Below, piece after piece: positions 56,149 through 64,000 of a DNA stretch of 64,000 nucleotides. The stretch is from IMG/VR virus record IMGVR_UViG_3300042888_000160, positions 14,392-78,391 of that record. One strand, 5' to 3'. Origin of the DNA: a virus. How positions within the stretch are numbered: position 1 is the first letter of the stretch; every line of letters starts with the position of its first letter. The notes beneath the pieces were generated by a model. The model was not told where the DNA came from. It saw nothing but the letters and a program-made list of their open reading frames with translations, and made no database searches. The translations under genes were made by a program, and so were the position numbers.

Positions 56149-58056
56149 TTAACATACTCCAACCTCTGTTGCACCCCCATTACCACTTGTAACATATACA
56201 CTAGATGGTTGAGCACAAACACTTCCTACTGCACCTGGCCCACCAAAGAATGAGAAGCTATCAGAGAATCCTGCACAGTTAGTATAAATACCATCTACAG
56301 ATTCATTTTCATTATATCCTATTATTTCATAAGTTCTACAAACAGGAGGTGGAAGGTATCCACAATCTGGACTATCATAAGCTACTAACTCATCATTTCT
56401 AGTAGCAACTGTACAAGTGCTCTGTTCGTATCTTCTTCTTTCATAAGGAGCCACACCATAGTTAACACAGTAATAAACCCAATACCATGACCCACAATCA
56501 GTACTAGCTCCTAATGGAACAGTACGCTCATCTCCTGATGGAGGATCTACACAACATGAATTAGTCTGTACCTCATCTTGAAATTGATTACATCCAACGC
56601 AATAAGGCTCTGTGAAAGGACTCCAAATAGGGGCTACGAATGCACCACACGCTTCGCTACATGTAGATAATGTTTGAACCTCTCCTGTATTAGCATTATT
56701 ACAAACATATTTTTTATTTCTTTTTTGAATACCTGTTCCATCACAATAAGGCTCTCCCCAATATTCTCCATCACAAGTTTGATTACAACTACAGCTACAA
56801 TCATCTAATGTTTCAGTTCTTATATATTGATTATCACAAGCCCAGAAGAAATCTACATATTGAGAACTAGGATTCTTCCCATTTCTATTTGAGGCTCCAC
56901 AATAGGGGTCACCAGAATACTCACCAACACATGGTTTGTTACATGTACAGCCACAAGTCTCAAGAATCTGATATTCTCCTGTAAGGTTATTATTACAAAC
57001 GTAAGCTTGTTTTTGTATAAGATAAGTAGGAAGTCCTACGCTTTCTCCACAAATAGGTGGTAAATAATATCTATCAAGACAATCTGGATTACATACACAG
57101 TCGCAAGTAGATCCTGGATATACTTGAACTTGATCATACTGTCCACAAGCATTTAATCGAGTTTCCCATTGAACACTACCTATACAGTCATAACGTGTAA
57201 CTACATAAACACTTGGATTATTAACTCGAAATACTACACCAAGTGGATAGCTTTGACCACCCATAACAAGTAGTGTATCTGATGGATAATTTTGATAAGT
57301 TGGAGGAGGACCAAGACTAGTACGAGTTGAAAAACATACATTACTATTATATACAACTTTAATTTGAGTACCAGGTGCTACAAGTACTCCACTAGTTAGA
57401 TTATCTGGACTATATTTATAATCAGATGCAACACCATCAATATATAATGTCCAATTATTACTAAGTGTGTCTGCTCCATTAGCTGTTACTATTCGTACAT
57501 ATACACGTTGTAATGTAGTGGTTGTACATAATGTTGGAAAGCTCCATAATGTAAAACCAGTATTTGTTGATCTTACACCTAAACTACCTGATGCTGTAAC
57601 AGCTGGATTACAACTAGATTGAAGATTACCATAAGAGTTTACTTGTGGATAATTATTCCAAATAATTGTATCTCTACCAAATCCAATTAACGCTGTTTGA
57701 TAAGGAGGTCCTGAACCCCCTGTAATACTAGTTATTGTAAGTGTCCCATTTGTAGTACAAGCTGTAACACATGGAAGAGTAACTTGAAATTGTAATGGAA
57801 ATTGTGTAGTTGTAGTAGTTGTTGTAACTACAGGAACAATGAATGAAAAATCATTACAGCCTACAGCCTTACTTACTAATTTAATTTGTGTAGAATTATC
57901 AGGAACTGTTATTGCTACTTCAGATGATGTTGAAGGTAATGATAAATTAGATCCATCTGAAGCTAATGTATATGTAGTACCATTTGTACTATAATATCCA
58001 TCATACAAAGGACCAGCAGCACTTCCAATAGTTAACAATTTTAATTGTACTCTCAT
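56149..58056 (-). CDS. Cysteine-rich modular surface protein
   Basis: N-terminal beta domain, TTTTTTT linker, repeated CxCxCNxxC...P(Y/I)C units, C-terminal Cys-bounded module. Confidence 0.7.
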   Translation of the reverse strand: MRVQLKLLTIGSAAGPLYDGYYSTNGTTYTLASDGSNLSLPSTSSEVAITVPDNSTQIKLVSKAVGCNDFSFIVPVVTTTTTTTQFPLQFQVTLPCVTACTTNGTLTITSITGGSGPPYQTALIGFGRDTIIWNNYPQVNSYGNLQSSCNPAVTASGSLGVRSTNTGFTLWSFPTLCTTTTLQRVYVRIVTANGADTLSNNWTLYIDGVASDYKYSPDNLTSGVLVAPGTQIKVVYNSNVCFSTRTSLGPPPTYQNYPSDTLLVMGGQSYPLGVVFRVNNPSVYVVTRYDCIGSVQWETRLNACGQYDQVQVYPGSTCDCVCNPDCLDRYYLPPICGESVGLPTYLIQKQAYVCNNNLTGEYQILETCGCTCNKPCVGEYSGDPYCGASNRNGKNPSSQYVDFFWACDNQYIRTETLDDCSCSCNQTCDGEYWGEPYCDGTGIQKRNKKYVCNNANTGEVQTLSTCSEACGAFVAPIWSPFTEPYCVGCNQFQDEVQTNSCCVDPPSGDERTVPLGASTDCGSWYWVYYCVNYGVAPYERRRYEQSTCTVATRNDELVAYDSPDCGYLPPPVCRTYEIIGYNENESVDGIYTNCAGFSDSFSFFGGPGAVGSVCAQPSSVYVTSGNGGATEVGVC

Positions 58057-58067
58057 ATTAAATAGTG

Positions 58068-58955
58068 TTAAAACGTATATCCAATTAACTTCAAAGCTTG
58101 AATAATCAAATCTGTAAGGGCATTAGCACTTATATTAGTTGGAATATTATTTAATAAATTTTGATAGGGGTTCATTGAAAATCCCATGTATCCACTATAG
58201 CTACCAGTTCCATTGTATACTGCATTCCAAAATTCTCTATTTACATCTGTAGAAGATAATGCAAGTGTTGCCCCTCTACTATATTGAGGTTCATAAGATC
58301 TTATACCATTATAATAATTAAGATCAAAAGCATACCTTGGCCATACTGGAGCAGTGGGAATAAATACATTATTAACTACATTTGTGTATCCAGCATAACC
58401 AGTTCCATAATAAAAAGAAGCTTCTGTGGGAAATATTAATACGCAGTCTTGGTTATTAAAATTACCACCACTAAAGTCAGCAATTGTTCTTATAGGCGAA
58501 TCAGAAAATAAAGGAGCTGTAAGAACTTTTTGATTATATGTAGTTGGATTATTATTATAATATGGTGTTAATATAGCTCTTAAGTTTACATCTCTTACAG
58601 TTACTAAAGTTTGACCAAATCCAGTATTGAATCCTCCTGCATAACACAAGCGTAAATTTACGTTACTGTTATATGCTAAAAGATTTGCATTTGGTACTTG
58701 CTTCATGCTGCTTGTAAAATCACAGCTTAGAGGAATTAAATCCTGCCATCTAGGAAGTCTATTATTAGGATAGGATGCAAGTGGTTCTGCGTTGGTATCA
58801 ATAAACCAACTATCTTTAGCTCCAACAGATCCTTGGGTTTGTCCTGCAGTTGCTGTAATTAGTCCTCTGTTACTGTTTGGAATAGCTTCCCCCTTAGGAG
58901 GGAAGACACTATTCGCATCAGTAACAGTAGCTACATAATTGGTTTGTTTAGTCAT
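58068..58955 (-). CDS. Hypothetical protein, probable fibre partner
   Basis: Overlaps the end of the collagen fibre gene; Asn/Tyr-rich; same relative position as the glycine-rich gene after the other fibre. Confidence 0.6.
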   Translation of the reverse strand: MTKQTNYVATVTDANSVFPPKGEAIPNSNRGLITATAGQTQGSVGAKDSWFIDTNAEPLASYPNNRLPRWQDLIPLSCDFTSSMKQVPNANLLAYNSNVNLRLCYAGGFNTGFGQTLVTVRDVNLRAILTPYYNNNPTTYNQKVLTAPLFSDSPIRTIADFSGGNFNNQDCVLIFPTEASFYYGTGYAGYTNVVNNVFIPTAPVWPRYAFDLNYYNGIRSYEPQYSRGATLALSSTDVNREFWNAVYNGTGSYSGYMGFSMNPYQNLLNNIPTNISANALTDLIIQALKLIGYTF

Positions 58956-60924
58956 TGCCTTCTAACTTTTTAACTCTAGCTTCTAATTCTTGTACAGCTT
59001 TTATCAAGATACCAATTGTGGAGTTTGTATCCATTCTGTTTTGTTCAACAGTAGACATCTCTACAGGGGTATCATCTGCAATAAATCCATAATGTATTGT
59101 ATCAGGATCGTTCTTGTATGCAAAGCTAACAATTGTTGTACGAGATAATAAATCTAGAGCATTTCCTTCAAATGTTTCAATATTAGTTTTAGCAGCTCTT
59201 AGAGATGTCTGATAAAAAGATCCTGCATTTAATTGATCTCCACTAGAAACATATACACCTGATAATGCACTTGCACTATTACCTGTACCATTTCCTACTA
59301 ATACATATCCTGAATTACCAGTACTTGGAGTTATTGTTGTAAATCCAGTACCATTTGTACCATTAGTTCCATTGGTTCCATTGGTTCCATTTGTACCTGC
59401 AGGACCTGTAGGTATTGTAAAATTAAATATTGCTGCAGATGGTGTTCCAGAATTTGAAACATTTGCAGGTGTACCTGAAGGAGCTGTAGAAGTTGAACCA
59501 ATACTTATTGTAGCAGCAGATCCATTGGTACCATTTGCACCAGCTGGACCAACAGGACCTGTAGGACCTACGCCTCCTGGAGCACCTGGAGTACCTGCAG
59601 GACCAGAAGATCCTGAAGATCCACTTGTTCCAGACGTACCACTAGTACCAGCAGAACCTGACGTTCCATTAATACCACTTATTCCTGAAGTACCACTTGT
59701 ACCTGTACTTCCAGAAGTACCACTCAAACCTGAAGTACCAGACGTTCCAGAAGTACCTGTTCCATTGATACCTGAAGTACCTGATGTTCCTGTAAATCCT
59801 GATGTACCTGAAGTACCAGCAATACCAGAGGTTCCAGAGGTACCTTGAAGTCCTGATGTGCCACTAGTTCCAGCAGTTCCACTAATACCATTTGTACCAC
59901 TGCGTCCAGATGTTCCACTAGTTCCATTCAGTCCACTTGTACCAGAAGTACCACTAATTGCAGCAATACCATTTAAGTTAACTGTCCATGGTTCGTATGT
60001 TCCTGATCCTGTTACATCTGTAACGTCTACAGCCATGTCACCACACAGTGGGTCATATGATACAACAGTACCAATCATAGTATTTCCTATACCATAACTT
60101 AATATAACTTCTTGACCAATTGTATATGCTAATCCTGGACCAACTTCAAATATTGCTAGACCTGTACCAATTGTCAATGGTGTTGGTGAAGTGGTGGCAT
60201 ATCTGTCTCCAGATAAACCACTTGTTCCAGATGTTCCAGCTGTTCCTGTATCTCCATCACCTCCATTTACACCAGAGGTTCCTGAGAAGCCAGATGTTCC
60301 TGATGTTCCACTGGTTCCAGAAGTACCTGTTGTTCCTGAGGTGCCATTAGAACCATCAGTTCCTGATGAACCATCAGTACCTGATATACCATTAGATCCT
60401 GAAGTAGCAGAGGTACCAGCAGTTGCTGACGTTCCAGAAGATGCAGCTGTACCAGAGGATCCTGATGATCCTGATGATCCTGAAGACCCATTAGTTCCTG
60501 AAGAACCTGATGTTCCTGCAGCAGCAGATACTCCTGAAGATCCACTAGATCCAGAAGTACCTCCTGTACCTGCAGATCCTACTCCTCCATTTATACCATT
60601 GGTACCATCTCTACCATTCGTACCATTTCTACCACTAGAACCATTAGTCCCAGAGGTACCATTAGTACCATTATATTGTTGTATATCGCCAATGGCAGTA
60701 TCCATCTGCTCAAGAGCAGTGGTTAAATCTGTAAGGTTTTGTACTCCTGTGTGTGGAAGGTTAGGACCTACGTAAGTTACATCATTAGAACTCACTCCAC
60801 AATTTGTGTTGGTGTTGCAACCACATTGACCACTGCAAGTAGATATGCCACAACACCCACAACCTTGCTGCGAGTTGGTGTATATCACTTCATTGTAACA
60901 TGGCATTCCTGGTAAACAAGACAT
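58948..60924 (-). CDS. Second collagen-like Gly-Ser/Thr tail fibre with C-terminal chaperone (peptidase S74-like)
   Basis: (GTS/GTN/GSS)n blocks; C-terminal TSLRAAKTNI...HYGFIADD...LIKAVQELEARVKKLE; Cys-rich N-terminus. Confidence 0.85.
   Translation of the reverse strand: MSCLPGMPCYNEVIYTNSQQGCGCCGISTCSGQCGCNTNTNCGVSSNDVTYVGPNLPHTGVQNLTDLTTALEQMDTAIGDIQQYNGTNGTSGTNGSSGRNGTNGRDGTNGINGGVGSAGTGGTSGSSGSSGVSAAAGTSGSSGTNGSSGSSGSSGSSGTAASSGTSATAGTSATSGSNGISGTDGSSGTDGSNGTSGTTGTSGTSGTSGTSGFSGTSGVNGGDGDTGTAGTSGTSGLSGDRYATTSPTPLTIGTGLAIFEVGPGLAYTIGQEVILSYGIGNTMIGTVVSYDPLCGDMAVDVTDVTGSGTYEPWTVNLNGIAAISGTSGTSGLNGTSGTSGRSGTNGISGTAGTSGTSGLQGTSGTSGIAGTSGTSGFTGTSGTSGINGTGTSGTSGTSGLSGTSGSTGTSGTSGISGINGTSGSAGTSGTSGTSGSSGSSGPAGTPGAPGGVGPTGPVGPAGANGTNGSAATISIGSTSTAPSGTPANVSNSGTPSAAIFNFTIPTGPAGTNGTNGTNGTNGTNGTGFTTITPSTGNSGYVLVGNGTGNSASALSGVYVSSGDQLNAGSFYQTSLRAAKTNIETFEGNALDLLSRTTIVSFAYKNDPDTIHYGFIADDTPVEMSTVEQNRMDTNSTIGILIKAVQELEARVKKLEGND
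59345..60665 (-). repeat. Degenerate 9-nt tandem repeats encoding G-T/S-X triplets (blocks ~59345-59965 and ~60205-60665)
   Basis: Gly periodicity of three in translation. Confidence 0.9.
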
Positions 60925-60928
60925 ATTA

Positions 60929-61195
60929 TTATTTGTTTATTAAGATTATTACTCTACTCCCAATCATTTCTACAGTGAAGTGTTCACAGTAATCAGGATT
61001 ACATTGTTTGTATTCTAGTATTCTCTGATAGTTTAATAGATCTTGAACAACTTCTCCAGGGATATAATTATTTAAGGAATATACAATATTGTTATATTCA
61101 GAATTAGCTAGTTCTGCTAGCTTGTTATTAATATCTTGAAGCAACACTGGGATGCTTCCATAATATAACGAATTAGTTAGCCTTGGTGTTAGCAT
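60929..61195 (-). CDS. Small structural protein (tail-hub region)
   Basis: 88-aa helical ORF in operon; assignment from synteny only. Confidence 0.55.
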   Translation of the reverse strand: MLTPRLTNSLYYGSIPVLLQDINNKLAELANSEYNNIVYSLNNYIPGEVVQDLLNYQRILEYKQCNPDYCEHFTVEMIGSRVIILINK

Positions 61196-61310
61196 CTTGT
61201 TGTTGTTTTATTTCTTCTTGCTTAATAGCATAATTACATGGTGAGCAATATCCATTCACTAGTTGACATCCACATCCCACCTTAACATGACATTTTTTAC
61301 AATTAGCCAT
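61173..61310 (-). CDS. 45-aa Cys-rich protein (not in ORF track)
   Basis: Hand translation MANCKKCHVKVGCGCQLVNGYCSPCNYAIKQEEIKQQQDANTKAN*; TAATG coupling to upstream gene. Confidence 0.65.
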   Translation of the reverse strand: MANCKKCHVKVGCGCQLVNGYCSPCNYAIKQEEIKQQQDANTKAN

Positions 61311-61867
61311 TATACAAAATTGTTTATGTAGTTATTTCCTGAACAACCACAGTTAGCTCTAATGAAATTATTTAACATCATATCTGCTTGCGTGTACAAC
61401 TTATTAGCTGTAGCAATAGCAGAGTTATTGGCAGCTGCAATAGATCCTTGAATCATGTAATAGATACTATTTAGAGTCACCTTTGCTTGTGTTCTAATAG
61501 GACCATCACATTCCATCATGTCAAGCTTCATAAATGCATTATCAAACTTCTCTTGAATCTTAGCAGTACGCATAATATTGTGCTCAACATTGTATGTCTG
61601 AGCAGGAGATATAGAATATTCGATGAAGTATACACCATCTGGGATAGGAGCCAAAGGCTGTCCCACAGCTGTTAATCCTAGTGATGTAGAATTGAATACG
61701 TTGAAATCATTAGGAGTAAATGGTAAACTCACTACGTTTGTAGTGTTAGGTATGGTTATTTCAATAGTTGGAGCTACTGGCGTACCATCGTATACAGATA
61801 TATCAGCAACACCTAATGTTAAAGTGTTGTAGGTATTTATTACTAGAAAATCTAAAGTTGTTGCCAT
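61310..61867 (-). CDS. Structural protein (portal-vertex/tail-hub-like)
   Basis: LGL...PIPDGVY.IEYS; C-terminal NCGC; follows the auxiliary capsid gene. Confidence 0.6.
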   Translation of the reverse strand: MATTLDFLVINTYNTLTLGVADISVYDGTPVAPTIEITIPNTTNVVSLPFTPNDFNVFNSTSLGLTAVGQPLAPIPDGVYFIEYSISPAQTYNVEHNIMRTAKIQEKFDNAFMKLDMMECDGPIRTQAKVTLNSIYYMIQGSIAAANNSAIATANKLYTQADMMLNNFIRANCGCSGNNYINNFV

Positions 61868-61873
61868 GCTGTT

Positions 61874-61920
61874 AAAAAATAATGCCAGAGGACAGAGATT
61901 ATCCTCTTACCCTCTGGCAT
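61874..61920 (-). terminator. Intrinsic terminator after the auxiliary capsid gene
   Basis: atgccagagg (61882-61891) / cctctggcat (61911-61920) followed on the - strand by TATTTTTT. Confidence 0.7.
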
Positions 61921-61942
61921 AGGTTATATGACTCGCTTTTTA

Positions 61943-63082
61943 TTAAGGAATCAAGGTAGTAGTTGTACTAGTTGAAGGCCAAATAGTAGTTGTAGTTGAA
62001 GTAGTCGAAGTGATTGGACCACTGTCATCAGTAATTGCACCTAGAGCAGCAACCAAGATATCTTCGATGTCTTCAGATAAAGACTGAGGAGCAGCGATGA
62101 TAACAGTTGAATCTTCGTGGATATAATCACCCCACTGGTAAGCAGACTTATCATACTCGTTGAACTTGATGTAGTAAGTGTCATACACAGTACCATCAGT
62201 TACCCAAGACTCAAAGTTCTCGTTGTAACCATTCATACGATATAAGTGCTTCAAATAACCAGCTTGGTAGCTATAGAAGTTCTTCTCTAATTGTTGCATC
62301 TCAGCAGATGTTCCAGATGGGTAAGTTGAACGTTGAGTAACTTCAACATCAGCAACATTGTTACAAGGATCTGCTACGATAAAGTCAGCAGTAGTAGCTG
62401 GACCAGAGAAGATGAAAGTTCTGAACCACATACGATCATACTCAAAAGGGAACGCAGCAATATCACATGGCTGACCATAAACAGTTAATGGCTTACCAGT
62501 AATACGTAAGATTGCATTTGCATTATTACCAATACGTTGGAATTGATAGAACGTAGAGAACGAGATGTTGTCAGGGTTGTTACCTGGAGCACGTAACTCT
62601 AAGTGATAGATCAAATCGTCGATTAATGCAGGAACATCAACATCAGTACAAGGATCTGCACCACAAGCTAAACAAGGAGCATTAACAGTCACTGAACGAG
62701 TGAAACCATTAAAGTACAATGTGTTGATGTAGTTTGAGAATCCACGTAACGTTAAAGTTACAATTTCACCTGGTTTTACAGTGAATCCAGATACGTCAGT
62801 TACTTGGTTAGCAGCAACAGGGTTACCAGTAACTTTGTAAAATTCAGTAACGTTAGCTGAAGAGATCTTGTCAGAACGCTTCGAACCTTGCAAGTACGTA
62901 TTAGTACGTCCTTGAGCAGCATAGAAATATGGAGCAGCACCAACGTTACCAGTTGTTGCAACAGCATATGTATTCAAGAATAAACCAAACTGCCCAGCAG
63001 TCAAGTTTTGCGTAGATCCAGAGCTAGGCAATGTGTTGCCTACAGGAACTACGAACAGGGTGGTCAATGAAAAATCAGCCAT
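61943..63082 (-). CDS. Auxiliary capsid (decoration)-like protein with Thr/Ser tail
   Basis: 379 aa, beta-rich, followed by a terminator, synteny after ring gene; ends ITSTTSTTTTIWPSTSTTTTLIP. Confidence 0.6.
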   Translation of the reverse strand: MADFSLTTLFVVPVGNTLPSSGSTQNLTAGQFGLFLNTYAVATTGNVGAAPYFYAAQGRTNTYLQGSKRSDKISSANVTEFYKVTGNPVAANQVTDVSGFTVKPGEIVTLTLRGFSNYINTLYFNGFTRSVTVNAPCLACGADPCTDVDVPALIDDLIYHLELRAPGNNPDNISFSTFYQFQRIGNNANAILRITGKPLTVYGQPCDIAAFPFEYDRMWFRTFIFSGPATTADFIVADPCNNVADVEVTQRSTYPSGTSAEMQQLEKNFYSYQAGYLKHLYRMNGYNENFESWVTDGTVYDTYYIKFNEYDKSAYQWGDYIHEDSTVIIAAPQSLSEDIEDILVAALGAITDDSGPITSTTSTTTTIWPSTSTTTTLIP

Positions 63083-63102
63083 TTATATATTTGTTTAATT
63101 GT

Positions 63103-63834
63103 TTACTCGTTTGTTTTAATTCTGTATATGGAACTTTCTACAGCAGATTGGTTCTCAGTATACATTGCAAGGTTTTGAACTGTCAAATCTAAAAGCTCAT
63201 CTTCTAGATATAATTCTAATTCAGAGTCTTGATTAAAGGAAGGCTCACCATCAAGCATTATATACCCAGTCTTATTAATGTACTGAGGATATCTCATGTA
63301 TGAAACGTATATATTAGTTGGTGTAAATGTACCATCTGTAAACACGTTTATCTCATCAGTAGATAAGAAGTTGAAAGATTCTTGATATTCAAAAGATGGT
63401 CTAAAGTGAACATTGTTTAATAACAATGATAGATCACCATGCTTTGCAAGATCTCTATTAATCCAAATCTTTCTATTTTGACATCTTCCTTTGTTAGCTA
63501 AGAAATAGCTATCAACGTAGAACATGTACACTGGATCTAGATCATTGATGTTTGCTTTCCATTGATTTAGTTGGGCATTTTCTAAAGTTAGTGGTAAAAC
63601 ACCATCGTTGTAATTTACCACTAACCTTTGAAGGTCTTCATATCGTTTCTTAAACGAATCAAAACCAAGACCAGAAGTAGTGCTAAAACCATCTACCTTC
63701 TGTTTAATCAACTTGATCTGAGCCTCATTCAAGGCCAAGATCTTGTCTTCTAATGCAATTTGTTGATGCTCATTAGTAGATAGTTTATTTAGTTTCTGAT
63801 CAATCTTATATAATAAACTATCTACTGGGATCAT
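63103..63834 (-). CDS. Tail ring protein (crAss-like)
   Basis: LNKLSTN...LNEAQ...GFDSFKKRYEDLQRL...FRPSFEY...YMRYP...DELLDLTV. Confidence 0.7.
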   Translation of the reverse strand: MIPVDSLLYKIDQKLNKLSTNEHQQIALEDKILALNEAQIKLIKQKVDGFSTTSGLGFDSFKKRYEDLQRLVVNYNDGVLPLTLENAQLNQWKANINDLDPVYMFYVDSYFLANKGRCQNRKIWINRDLAKHGDLSLLLNNVHFRPSFEYQESFNFLSTDEINVFTDGTFTPTNIYVSYMRYPQYINKTGYIMLDGEPSFNQDSELELYLEDELLDLTVQNLAMYTENQSAVESSIYRIKTNE

Positions 63835-64000
63835 ACTGTTGCTAATTTTTTACCTTTTAACTTTTGTTCTAAAATTAGTAAATCATCTTGATGATCTTCA
63901 TCTGCAAGGTATTTAACTAATTCTTCTTCATCAATTGCCATTTCTAGTTCTCCCATATAAACCTTACCATTAGGTTTTATACGATAGATTGAATGTGTAA
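63831..64000 (-). CDS. 3' end of a truncated gene (head module)
   Basis: Open frame ...THSIYRIKPNGKVYMGELEMAIDEEELVKYLADEDHQDDLLILEQKLKGKKLATV* whose stop overlaps the next ATG. Confidence 0.7.
   Translation of the reverse strand, partial: THSIYRIKPNGKVYMGELEMAIDEEELVKYLADEDHQDDLLILEQKLKGKKLATV

Larger units (their letters stand above)
1..64000. mobile_element. Segment of a crAss-like (Crassvirales-type) bacteriophage genome: structural, ejection/RNAP, modification and lysis modules
   Basis: Gene order ring/aux-capsid/hub - tubular - IHF-like - ring - muzzle - cargo - three giant proteins, one with a GSDFDIDKL polymerase motif, matches crAss-like phages; endolysin and tail fibres present; no cellular housekeeping genes. 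Confidence 0.9.

Noticed and set aside
16715-60665. CRISPR array or diversity-generating retroelement suggested by repeats
   Set aside because: Repeats are degenerate in-frame 9-mers without spacers; no reverse transcriptase or template/variable repeat pair seen
59372-60775. Antisense VPx-repeat ORFs over the second fibre
   Set aside because: Same repeat artefact
1-64000. Stop-codon reassignment as in some crAss-like phages
   Set aside because: Genes are long and tightly packed under the standard code; TAA, TGA and TAG all end genes; the muzzle split is at TAA with a frame change
1-64000. tRNA, rRNA, introns or inteins
   Set aside because: Intergenic gaps are short and AT-rich with no cloverleaf seen; no homing endonuclease or intein motifs recognised by eye

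Overview
This window is the virion-morphogenesis and lysis half of a crAss-like (Crassvirales-type) podophage genome. The host is probably an environmental Bacteroidota species, judged from TAnnTTTG promoter boxes and A-rich starts without Shine-Dalgarno sites; the standard genetic code is used. On the - strand, from right to left: ring, auxiliary capsid and tail-hub genes; Cys-rich and Thr-linker surface proteins; a collagen-like fibre; a metallophosphoesterase; tail tubular, IHF-like and ring genes; a split muzzle (tail stabilisation) gene; two cargo-like proteins; three ejection proteins including a 4282-aa virion RNA polymerase (DFDID motif); a second collagen-like fibre; and a lysis cassette with a GH19 endolysin. 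An ~11-kb island of two convergent operons sits between the fibre genes and the lysis genes. The + strand operon encodes four glycosyltransferases and one unassigned partner protein, ending in an Aah/TibC-type protein O-glycosyltransferase. The - strand operon encodes a flavin-dependent halogenase, four 2OG-Fe(II) oxygenase-like proteins and a membrane protein. The best candidate for an undescribed system is a phage-encoded virion O-glycosylation pathway acting on proline-poor Gly-Ser/Thr collagen-like fibres and on mucin-like poly-Thr/Ser tracts in several structural proteins. All family assignments come from motif recognition by eye and from gene order; no database searches were run.
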